Below are positions 52,043 to 64,000 of a stretch of DNA of 64,000 bases, piece by piece. The position numbers and the translations under genes were made by a program. Within the stretch, counting starts at the first letter, position 1. Every line of letters begins with the position of its first letter. The notes beneath the pieces are model-generated. The model saw nothing but the letters and a program-made list of their open reading frames with translations. It was not told where the DNA came from and searched no databases. Source of the stretch: Haliotis cracherodii (taxonomy: Eukaryota); the NCBI RefSeq assembly GCF_022045235.1, contig NW_027266264.1, forward strand, positions 88,660,001 to 88,724,000, given 5' to 3'.

Positions 52043-52422
52043 CTTCATATGCAGAACACCCATACCTCTGTTGTTGTTAAGGAATGTTGAATCATTCATG
52101 TTAGTGCCAGTCAAGACCTCTCCCCCATAACCCACCAACAGAACTGGAGGATCTACTCCCTAGGGACAAGGCAATGCAGTATGTGACATGATATGAACCT
52201 GTGCTAGAATCATTTAAATATATCATTAGGTGAGAGTCACAATTTTATGGTATACAATACATCAATATTGTCACAAATGTCATCTTTTTGTTTTCCTTAC
52301 ATTCTCTCACATTTATAGAGCAAACAAACACTTGAATTGAAGGATGATTTGATATACTCATATATCAGGGTACGTTGTTGTCATGCAAATTAATTTTATT
52401 AATGTGTCATCTTGACACTCAT

Positions 52423-52531
52423 GGGCCTACTTGCACAAAACGATCTTAGCCCTAAGACTGTCATAAGCCTATGTTAAAGTATAGGAGTTAAGATCATCTT
52501 AGTGCTAAGATCACTTTGTGCAAGAAGGCCC
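52423..52531. mobile_element. PIF/Harbinger-like MITE, followed by a partial inverted copy at ~52558-52618
   Basis: TIRs GGGCCTACTTGCACAAAACGATCTTAGC and GCTAAGATCACTTTGTGCAAGAAGGCCC. Confidence 0.7.
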
Positions 52532-53099
52532 TGGTGTCTAAAGCAGAACTGGTGCATAGATGACCTTAACTCCCATACTTTAACAGAGACTTACAATAGT
52601 CTTAGCGCTAAGATCGTTCAGTGGTGCCAGGTGTGGAATCTGCTGAGGCATCTTGGTGTCACTGGGTGTCACTTCCCATACACACTGATTGCCTGTTGTT
52701 GATATTACTTAAAGACCCATTGCCTTAACATCAATTGTGAACAAGAGCTGCACTACACTTTCAATTATATTGGGAGAAGTGACAAAATGAAAACAATACT
52801 ATTAGCCATATATTCCTTTGCTCTCATGTTATTGAGATTCATACTGACATGAGCTACCGAGCATTTAATAATGGCTCTATGTCTTACTGGTTGGAGCAAT
52901 GATATGAAATACTGAAACTTATTAAACCTTCTATCTAGGAATAGAATCATTATGTTTGCATGGGCTGCTGTCAGTGAAACTTATATAGATGTTTCGGTTG
53001 TGAAGTGAATGTTTCATTCAATTACTTTTGTTGCTAATTACATCATTCCATTTAATCAATTCTAATAACTGAAACGCTACTAAGTGAGGTCACACTCTG

Positions 53100-54380
53100 T
53101 TTGGTGCAACCAGAGTGGATGCACAGCATTGTGACTCATGGTGTTTGATACAACCAGAGTTGATGTACAACATTGTGACTGTGTTTGATACAAACAGAGT
53201 GGATGTACAGGATTGTGTGGACATGTGACTGTGTTTGATACAACCAGATTGGATGTACAGGATTGTGTGGACATGTGACTGTGTTTGATACAACCAGAGT
53301 GGATATACAGCATATATTGTGTAGACATGTAGCTGTGTTTGATACAACCAGAGTGGATGTACAGCATTGTGACTGTGTTTGATACAACCAGAGTGGATGT
53401 ACAGCATTGTGACTGTGTTTGATACAACCAGAGTGGATGTACAGCATTGTGACTGTGTTTGATACAAACAGAGTGGATGTACAGGATTTTGTGGACATGT
53501 GACTGTGTTTGATACAACCAGAGTGGATGTACAGCATTGTGACTGTGTTTGATACAACCAGAGTGGATGTACAGCATTGTGACTGTGTTTGATACAACCA
53601 GAGTGGAAGTACAGCACTGTGTGGACATGTGGCTGTGTTTGATACAACCAGAGTGGATGTACAGCATTGTGACTGTGTTTGATACAACCAGAGTGGATGT
53701 ACAGCACTGTGTGGACATGTGACTGTTTGATACAACCAGAGTGGATGTACAGCATTGTGACTGTGTTTGATACAACCAGAGTGGATGTACAGCACTGTGT
53801 GGACATGTGATTGTTTGATACAACCAGAGTGGAAGTACAGCACTGTGTGGACATGTGGCTGTGTTTGATACAACCAGAGTGGAAGTACAGCACTGTGTGG
53901 ACATGTGACTGTGTTTGATACAACCAGAGTGGAAGTACAGCACTGTGTGGACATGTGACTGTGTTTGATGCAACCAGAGTGGAAGTACAGCACTGTGTGG
54001 ACATGTGACTGTGTTTGATACAACCAAAGTGGAAGTACAGCACTGTGTAGACATGTGACTGTGTTTGATACAACCAGAGTGGAAGTACAGCACTGTGTGG
54101 ACATGTGACTGTGTTTGATGCAACCAGAGTGGAAGTACAGCACTGTGTGGACATGTGACTGTGTTTGATACAACCAAAGTGGAAGTACAGCACTGTGTAG
54201 ACATGTGACTGTGTTTGATACAACCAGAGTGGAAGTACAGCACTGTGTGGACATGTGACTGTGTTTGATGCAACCAGAGTGGAAGTACAGCACTGTGTGG
54301 ACATGTGACTGTGTTTGATACAACCAAAGTGGAAGTACAGCACTGTGTAGACATGTGACTGTGTTTGATACAACCAGAGT
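53100..54380. repeat. Minisatellite with mixed 40- and 50-bp units
   Basis: GTGACTGTGTTTGATACAACCAGAGTGGAAGTACAGCACTGTGTGGACAT and its 10-bp-shorter variant. Confidence 0.95.
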
Positions 54381-56317
54381 CCTTGTACTGTGTGGGAAAC
54401 AGAACATAAACAGAGACATGACATGGGACAAGCCAGATTACCAACTTGGTTTTATCCAGAGTTTAAATCCTGTGACACAGGTAGTTAGCCCCCAGTCTGT
54501 AATCCTTTCAAAGAATCCGTTTATAGAGGAGAATATAACTTATCTTCTTATCTGGAATGATGAAAGTTTTGTATTTTTTGCCTGATCGCCTCAGCAAGGA
54601 TTTAGAGACAGGTTGTTCAATGCAGGGCTGGCAGATGACATCAACGTTGTGGTACACAGACATGCAGTGGAAACAAACTATGTAGTGGTGGAGTTTTATG
54701 GTGGGGAGACAACTGCAGTGTCCATGTCATGTAAACATACTCGTACATTGTATCAAAATAATTGTGACAAGTATGTATGCATGCCACTTGTAGCTGTGTA
54801 CACAAGCTGTTTGTTGCAAGTATGTGTGCTGTTTACAAGTGATGAAAGTGTCTGTAATCTATTTTCTTAGTGTTCAATATTTGATGATCAAGATGATAAA
54901 TATCAAACATCAATTTGTCTTATTTTTTTATTTATATTTTGAGGATTTATTTTGATTTCAGTGAATGACATGACAACACATAACAGTGTACACAGCAGCC
55001 TCCATCCTGCCATCATGGATGATGGAACACTAAGGCACTCATTCTATCCTTCAGTGTGAGGAGACTATCCCAATCAAACCCTAGATTATAGTTCATAATG
55101 TAGAATTGTTTCTATGACAAAAATGTGTGACGTACAATTTGAACTTAAGCATTTTGGTTATTATTAATGATGTTCTTCATTTTGTTGATGTGTCACTAAA
55201 GGTGGCTGTAGTCAAAGTTTGTTCAACTTAAATATGTTTGGTTTTAGTCAGGGAATATGCCAGTTAAGTACAAAAGAATATGATGGAAAGGTTTTTCGTA
55301 CCTCATTGATACTTTTAAGCTGACAAGAACCAGAAGGTCGGTCTGACCCATGTGAGCTAAACGCTTTCCACCTGTGTGTAAACTGAATGTAAACCAGTAA
55401 CATCATGTTACTTGTATAACAAGTTCAGAAATATGCTTTTGCCAAGTATTTGTACTAGTAATCTTTGTACTCTCGACAAATTTGAGAGAGTTATGACAGA
55501 TAATTCTTTGTCAGAATCTTTAGCACTCTATATAGGCAGGTTTATCTCATAGGTTAAAGGGAGACAACTTTATATACAGTTTATGAATGCTTCACCTACT
55601 CTTGATGATTATAGTAGATCTCTTCTTAATGATTGTAATTGTTGTTTGTAACTTAAAATTGTTGTGACTTGATTATATACACATGTACTCTGGGCTGGAG
55701 GCCTTTATTACAGAATAAAAGAGTCTTGAATAAATATCCATGGCATAGAGTCATTATCTGGGAGCTTGTATTTTGGCAAGATTTGTGGCACTACCATACA
55801 GTTTAGTTTAGATCATGCCATTTTAATTGCCAGTTAAGGGTGTGTTGTTTTTTAATATAAATTGCAAAGAAAAAAAAAAATTAAGAAATCTCTGTCATCT
55901 GAAACTTTCTACTTGATAATGCTGCATGTTGACTCTGCCATTGTTGTACTAAATATGTCCCATCTGAGAATCTCCATACAAGTGTGGTGGTACTCTGCAT
56001 TAATGTTGGTTACCTTATAATGGAAGTGTAACCATTACTCTTACGCTGCAGTTAGTTAGTCTGTCCACTCCTGTCAGTTATAAGGCTAGATGGCCATGGA
56101 GAACTTCTTTACCAAGATACTCAAAATGACAATGACAGTGGAAACTGCATCTATTAATACTGAAACTAGCCCGAAGAAGTGTAAAAAGACTCTGGAGAAA
56201 ATGACAGTACTATTCTCTGCTAGTTATGGAAATACATCGTCTGCTAAATGCAGTGAGAAGTGCGATAGGATTAGTTCACTGAGTTCAATTTCGTTTTCAG
56301 CTCCGATATTAGGGGGA

Positions 56318-58400
56318 AAACACATCTATAACAAACACTAGTAGTTATGTTGTAACACATTTATAACAAACACTAGTAGTTATGGGGTAACACATCTGTA
56401 GCAAACATATGTATGTGGAGTAACACATCTATAGCAAATACTAGTACTTATGGGGTAACACATCTATAACAAACACTAGTAGTTATGTTGTAACACATTT
56501 ATAACAAACACTAGTAGTTATGGGGTAACACATCTATAACAAACACTAGTAGTTATGTTGTAACACATCTATAACAAACACTAGTAGTTATGTTGTAACA
56601 CATCTATAACAAACACTAGTAGTTATGGGGTAACACATCTATAGCAAACACTAGTAGTTATGTTGTAACACATCTATAACAAACACTAGTACTTATGAGG
56701 TAACACATATATAACAAACACTAGTAGTTATGTTGTAACACATTTATAACAAACACTAGTAGTTATGTTGTAACACATCTATAACAAACAATAGTAGTTA
56801 TGTTGTAACACATCTATGACAAACACTAGTAGTTATGTTGTAACACATCTATAACAAACACTAGTAGTTATGTTGTAACACATCTATAACAAACACTAGT
56901 ACTTATGTTGTAACACATCTATAACAAACACTAGTAGTTATGTTGTAACACATCTATAACAAACACTAGTAGTTATGGGGTAACACATCTATAACAAACA
57001 CTAGTAGTTATGGGGTAACACATCTATAGCAAACACTAGTAGTTATGTTGTAACACATCTATAACAAACACTAGTAGTTATGTTGTAACACATTTATAAC
57101 AAACACTAGTAGTTATGTTGTAACACATCTATAACAAACACTAGTAGTTATGTTGTAACACATCTATAACAAACACTAGTAGTTATGTTGTAACACATCT
57201 ATAACAAACACTAGTACTTATGGGGTAACACATCTATAACAAACACTAGTAGTTATGGGGTAACACATCTATAGCAAACACTAGTAGTTATGTTGTAACA
57301 CATCTATAACAAACACTAGTACTTATGGGGTAACACATTTATAACAAACACTAGTAGTTATGGGGTAACACATCTATAACAAACACTAGTAGTTATGGGG
57401 TTAATGCATCTATAACAATCACTGGTAGTTATGTGGAGTAACACATCTATAACAAACTCTGGTAGTTATGTGGAGTAACACATCTATAACAAACTCTGGT
57501 AGTTATGTGGAGTAACACATCTATTGCAAACTCTGGTAGTTATGTGGAGTAACACATCTATAACAAACTCTGGTAGTTATGTGGAGTAACACATCTATAA
57601 CAAACTCTGGTAGTTATGTGGAGTAACACATCTATAACAAACTCTGGTAGTTATGTGGAGTAACACATCTATTGCAAACTCTGGTAGTTATGTGGAGTAA
57701 CACATCTATAACAAACTCTGGTAGTTATGTTGCTAATACTTCTAAAAGAAACTCTGGTAGTTATGGGGGTAATGCATCTATAACAAACTCTGGTAGTTAT
57801 GTGGAGTAACACATCTATAACAAACTCTGGTAGTCATGTGGAGTAACACATCTATAACAAACTCTGGTAGTTATGTGGAGTAACACATCTATAACAAACT
57901 CTGGTAGTTATGTTGCTAATACTTCTAAAAGAAACTCTGGTAGTTATGGGGGTAATGCATCTATAACAAACTCTGGTAGTTATGTGGAGTAACACATCTA
58001 TAACAAACTCTGGTAGTTATGTGGAGTAACACATCTATAACAAACTCTGGTAGTTATGGGCATAATGCATCTATAACAATCACTGGTAGTTATGTGGAGT
58101 AACACATCTATAACAAACTCTGGTAGTTATGTGGAGTAACACATCTATAACAAACTCTGGTAGTTATGTTGCTAATACTTCTAAAAGAAACTCTGGTAGT
58201 TATGGGGGTAATGCATCTATAACAAACTCTGGTAGTTATGTGGAGTAACAAATCTATAACAAACTCTGGTAGTTATGTGGAGTAACACATCTATAACAAA
58301 CTCTGGTAGTTATGGGCATAATGCATCTATAACAATCACTGGTAGTTATGTGGAGTAACACATCTATAACAAACACAAGTAGTTATGGGGGTAACACATC
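56318..58400. repeat. Minisatellite, 35-bp unit, two variant domains
   Basis: Unit AACACATCTATAACAAACACTAGTAGTTATGTTGT; switches to the ACTCTGGTAG/GTGGAG variant near 57410. Confidence 0.96.
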
Positions 58401-59649
58401 AAAACAAACACAAGATAACATCTTGTATTGTGAATGTTGGATAGGGGATGGAGACAGATAAGGTTTTGTATTGTGAGGTGGGGATAGGGGTTGGAGACAG
58501 ATAACATCTTGTGTTGTGAAGGCGGGATTGGTTTTGGTGATGATAAGAACTATGAGTACACATCCGCCAAAAGTTCTTGAAGACAAACAGAATTATTTTG
58601 AGAAACCCCACACATGATCAATCAATCTGTTTTGTATCTGAGCTAAACTATCGACCAGATAAATGTGGATGCAGGACATTACTTATATTTGTCATATCCT
58701 CATTTTATGTAACAATCTGAAATAGGGAAACATTAAAAACAGATTTGAAAAGTATATTTTTGCGTAGCCTGAGTATTTTTCTTGCATGAAGTACAGAACG
58801 TGGCTGCTGTTGTTAAGCACGTTTGGTATCAATGGGATAGAGAAAAGCTGGTAAAGGAGCAAAGCTGAGAATGTGATTTTTGTGTGTGGAAAACTTCAAA
58901 TGTTTCTTTTTCATTACTGAGAAAAACTGAGCTAACAAAAGAAAAGCAATGTATGCAGTTTTCTTGCTAATGAAAATATATATTGAGAATAGACAGTGAG
59001 TATGTTCTAGCATGTTTTTGAGGAGCATCAGTTAAGGGAAGAAACCCATGAAAAGCATCTGATTTGCTTCTGTCCTTCCATCACTGTTGGAATCTCATCA
59101 CCTGGGCCTGTTATTCCTTCAAGGCTGGCCTCTCACTGAGGCAGGGAGAGCTTGGGCCTCCAGACCTAGGTGGGGACAGAAGTTGCCCTGCCCTGTATCT
59201 CAACTGACTGACAGAAATTCAATGTGTCGAAATACCGAGAATGTCTGATTTGTAGACACATCAGCATATTGTCAATGACATCATGAATGTATGAGGCTAG
59301 GTGATGACATGTCATTAAACTCTGGACAAATACCCAGTAATGTGGAGCATCAATTTCTAAGCATTTCATCACGGTACTGCCACTTCATGGAGGCTTACCA
59401 CAGTCAACTCATACTATGTTAATTGTGGAAAATTGTTGAGTTGGCTTGTGGTTATGACTTGGTAATTTTAGAAGAGGGTTGGTATTTCCATGATTGAATA
59501 ATTAACAATGCTGCTCTGTGAGATGGTAATGAAGCAATGCATCAGACATGCAGTCATGTAGAAAACTGTCTTAACCCTGAGTGTCTGGGGGCCGAACGTG
59601 AAGATGACCTGCGTTTCAGCTCCATGCCAATGTAAACATAGTCATTGGA

Positions 59650-59650
59650 G

Positions 59651-59693
<43 letters not shown>

Positions 59694-59711
59694 AGGGACA
59701 ACATATACACG

Positions 59712-59750
<39 letters not shown>

Positions 59751-59767
59751 AGGGACAACATATACAC
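59650..59767. repeat. (TGCG)n microsatellite plus a 20-bp tail, tandemly duplicated
   Basis: Two copies of (TGCG)n-TGCAGGGACAACATATACAC. Confidence 0.9.
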
Positions 59768-59864
59768 CAAGAAAAACATTAAGCACACCCTAAAATATTT
59801 CATTATTGTTTAGTCCTAATATTTGTAACAGTCATGAAAGTTATAATTACGGGAAGAATCTTGT

Positions 59865-60070
59865 TTTCTCGAGATGATGAAATCAGTCATGCATGACGAA
59901 AGCTAACGTGCTATGCATGGTATGCCCGTGCAGCATGCTACCCTCGAGTAAGATCCTCCTGTACAAGATTTACGCAGCATTGCATCAGGAGTGGTTGTTG
60001 TTGACCCATCAACAGATCCAACTTCTGACTGGAGGCACAAGACGTAGGCTGGAATGCGTCATCCGTGCGT
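59865..60070 (+). pseudogene. Degenerate Tc1-family transposase C-terminal remnant
   Basis: AALHQEWLLLTHQQIQLLTGGTRRRLECVIRA resembles the Tc1 C-terminal pattern AL..EW....I..L..SM.RR...VI.A; a decayed SPDLNPIEHxW-like motif (SRDDEISHA*) lies upstream. Confidence 0.55.
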
Positions 60071-60074
60071 CATC

Positions 60075-63000
60075 CTTGATGGAGGGAAGTGATGTGACTG
60101 GGTTGTGGACATCCTGGATGCAGGGAATGATGTGACTGGGTTGTGACCTGGATGGAGGGAATGATTTGACTGGGTTGTGGAGATCCTGGATGCAGGGAAT
60201 GATGTGACTGGGTTGTGGACATCCTGGATGGAGGGAATGATGTGACTGGGTTGTGGACATCCTGGATGGAGGGAAGTGAGGTGACTGGGTTGTGGACATC
60301 CTGGATGGAGGGAAGTGATGTGACTGGGTTGTGGACATCCTGGATGGAGGGAATGATGTGACTGGGTTGTGGACATCCTGGATGGAGGGAAGTGAGGTGA
60401 CTGGGTTGTGGACATCCTGGATGGAGGGAATGATGTGACTGGGTTGTGGACATCCTGGATGGAGGGAATGATGTGACTGGGTTGTGGACATCCTGGATGG
60501 AGGGAAGTGATGTGACTGGGTTGTGGACATCCTGGATGGAGGGAATGATGTGACTGGGTTGTGGACATCCTGGATGGAGGGAATCATGTGACTGGGTTGT
60601 GGACATCCTGGATGGAGGGAAGTGATGTGACTGGGTTGTGGACATCCTGGATGGAGGGAAGTGATGTGACTGGGTTGTGGACATCCTGGATGGAGGGAAT
60701 GATGTGACTGGGTTGTGGACATCCTGGATGGAGGGAAGTGAGGTGACTGGGTTGTGGACATCCTGGATGGAAGGAAGTGATGTGACTGGGTTGTGGACAT
60801 CCTGGATGGAGGGAAGTGAGGTGACTGTGTTGTTGACATCCTGGATGGAGGGAAGAGATGTGACTGGGTTGTGGACATCCTGGATGGAGGGAAGTGATGT
60901 GACTGGGTTGTGGACATCCTGGATGGAAGGAAGTGATGTGACTGGGTTGTGGACATCCTGGATGCAGGGAATGATGTGACTGGGTTGTGACCTGGATGGA
61001 GGGAATGATGTGACTGGGTTGTGGACATCCTGGATGCAGGGAATGATGTGACTGGGTTGTGGACATCCTGGATGGAGGGAAGTGATGTGACTGGGTTGTT
61101 GACATCCTGGATGGAGGGAAGAGATGTGACTGGGTTGTGGACATCCTGGATGGAGGGAAGTGATGTGACTGGGTTGTGGACATCCTGGATGGAGGGAAGA
61201 GATGTGACTGGGTTGTGGACATCCTGATGGAGGGAAGAGATGTGACTGGGTTGTGGACATCCTGGATGGAGGGAAGAGATGTGAATGGGTTGTGGACATC
61301 CTGGATGCAGGGAAGAGATGTGACTGGGTTGTGGACATCCTGGATGGAGGGAATGATGTGACTGGGTTGTGGACATCCTGGATGGAGGGAAGTGATGTGA
61401 CTGGGTTGTGGACATCCTGGATGGAAGGAAGTGATGTGACTGGGTTGTGGACATCCTGGATGGAGGGAAGTGATGTGACTGTGTTGTTGACATCCTGGAT
61501 GGAGGGAAGAGATGTGACTGGGTTGTGGACATCCTGGATGGAGGGAATTATGTGACTGGGTTGTGGACATCCTGGATGGAGGGAAGTGATGTGACTGGGT
61601 TGTGACCTAGATGGGGGGAAGTGATGTGACTGGGTTGTGGACATCCTGGATGGAGGGAAGAGATGTGACTGGGTTGTGGACATCCTGGATGGAGGGAAGT
61701 GATGTGACTGGGTTGTGGACATCCTGGATGGAAGGAAGTGATGTGACTGGGTTGTGGACATCCTGGATGCAGGGAATGATGTGACTGGGTTGTGACCTGG
61801 ATGGAGGGAATGATGTGACTGGGTTTTGGACATCCTGGATGCAGGGAATGATGTGACTGGGTTGTGGACATCCTGGATGGAAGGAAGTGATGTGACTGGG
61901 TTGTGGACATCCTGGATGGAGGGAAGTGAGGTGACTGTGTTGTTGACATCTTGGATGGAGGGACGAGATGTGACTGGGTTGTGGACATCCTGGATGGAGG
62001 GAAGTGATGTGACTGGGTTGTGGACATCCTGGATGGAAGGAAGTGATGTGACTGGGTTGTGGACATCCTGGATGCAGGGAATGATGTGACTGGGTTGTGA
62101 CCTGGATGGAGGGAATGATGTGACTGGGTTGTGGACATCCTGGATGCAGGGAATGATGTGACTGGGTTGTGGACATCCTGGATGGAGGGAAGTGATGTGA
62201 CTGGGTTGTGGACATCCAGGATGGAGGGAATGATGTGACTGGGTTGTAAACATCCTGGATGGAGGGAAGAGATGTGACTGGGTTGTGGACATCCTGATGG
62301 AGGGAAGAGATGTGACTGGGTTGTGGACATCCTGGATGGAGGGAAGAGATGTGAATGGGTTGTGGACATCCTGGATGCAGGGAAGAGATGTGACTGGGTT
62401 GTGGACATCCTGGATGGAGGGAAGTGATGTGAATGGGTTGTGGACATCCTGGATGCAGGGAAGAGATGTGACTGGGTTGTGGACATCCTGGATGGAGGGA
62501 AGTGATGTGACTGGGTTGTGGACATCCTGGATGGAGGGAATGATGTGACTGGGTTGTGGACATCCTGGATGGAGGGAATGATGTGACTGGGTTGTGGACA
62601 TCCTGGATGGAGGGAAGAGATGTGACTGGGTTGTGGACATCCTGGATGGAGGGAAGTGATGTGACTGGGTTGTGGACATCCTGGATGGAAGGAAGTGATG
62701 TGACTGGGTTGTGGACATCCTGGATGCAGGGAATGATGTGACTGGGTTGTGACCTGGATGGAGGGAATGATGTGACTGGGTTGTGGACATCCTGGATGGA
62801 GGGAATGATGTGACTGGGTTGTGGACATCCTGGATGGAGGGAAGTGATGTGACTGGGTTGTGGACATCCTGGATGGAGGGAAGAGATGTGACTGGGTTGT
62901 GGACATCCTGGATGGAGGGAATGACATGACTGGGTTGTGGACATCCTGGATGGAGGGAAGTGATGTGACTGGGTTGTGGACATCCTGGATGGAGGGAATG

Positions 63001-64000
63001 ATGTGACTGGGTTGTGGACATCCTGGATGGAGGGAAGAGATGTGGCTGGGTTGTGGACATCCTGATGGAGGGAAGTGATGTGACTGGGTTGTGGACATCC
63101 TGGATGGAGGGAAGAGATGTGAATGGGTTGTGGACATCCTGGATGCAGGGAAGAGATGTGACTGGGTTGTGACCTAGATGGGGGGAAGTGATGTGACTGG
63201 GTTGTGGACATCCTGGATGGAGGGAATGATGTGACTGGGTTGTGGACATCCTGGATGGAGGGAATGATGTGACTGGGTTGTGGACATCCTGGATGGAGGG
63301 AAGAGATGTGACTGGGTTGTGGACATCCTGGATGGAGGGAATGATGTGACTGGGTTGTGGACATCCTGGATGGAGGGAATGATTTGACTGGGTTGTGGAC
63401 ATCCTGGATGGAGGGAAGAGATGTGACTGGGTTGTGGACATCCTGGATGGAGGGAAGTGAGGTGACTGGGTTGTGGACATCCTGGATGGAGGGAAGAGAT
63501 GTGAATGGGTTGTGGACATCCTGGATGCAGGGAAGAGGTGTGACTGGGTTGTGGACATCCTGGATGGAGGGAATGATGTGACTGGGTTGTGACCTAGATG
63601 GGGGGAAGTGATTTGACTGGGTTGTGGACATCCTGGATGGAGGGAAGTGAGGTGACTGGGTTGTGGACATCCTGGATGGAGGGAATGATGTGACTGGGTT
63701 GTGGACATCCTGGATGGAGGGAAGAGATGTGACTGGGTTGTGGACATCCTGGATGGAGGGAAGAGATGTGACTGGGTTGTGGACATCCTGGATGGAGGGA
63801 AGAGATGTGACTGGGTTGTGACCTAGATGGGGGGAAGTGATGTGACTGGGTTGTGGACATCCTGGATGGAAGGAAGTGATGTGACTGGGTTGTGGACATC
63901 CTGGATGGAGGGAAGTGATGTGACTGGGTTATGTGGACATCCTGAATGGAGGGAAGTGATGTGACTGGGTTGTGACCTACATGGGGGGAAGTGATGTGAC
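60075..64000. repeat. Minisatellite, 39-bp unit with shorter variants, runs off the right edge
   Basis: Unit GGATGGAGGGAAGTGATGTGACTGGGTTGTGGACATCCT. Confidence 0.97.

Noticed and set aside
44917-63786. ORFs of up to 1238 aa in the 33-, 40/50- and 39-bp arrays
   Set aside because: Repeat-derived; frames shift with unit indels

Overview
Eukaryotic, repeat-rich, almost entirely non-coding DNA. The SINE tails suggest a mollusc, possibly abalone-like, but that is an inference. Roughly 45% of the window (hand estimate, about 29 kb) is about 20 different minisatellite arrays with 14-63 bp units; these generate nearly all the long ORFs in the track, which are spurious. The main coding object is a decayed minus-strand tyrosine-recombinase (DIRS-order, Ngaro-like) retrotransposon at ~33.4-39.7 kb: gag with a Zn finger, RT/RNase H, tyrosine recombinase and an SGNH/GDSL hydrolase. 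Its RNase H is split by a 1.2 kb TA-duplicating TIR element, and its 3' non-coding region is a dense array of short hairpins, including three with an identical TGTAAA loop. Also present: an internally deleted Academ-like transposon with templated filler DNA, hAT-, pogo/Tc1-, Transib- and Harbinger-like non-autonomous elements, a Penelope-like palindrome, a Tc1 transposase remnant, several SINE families with related 3' tails, and one candidate host exon encoding a signal peptide. Family assignments are from recalled motifs, not database searches.
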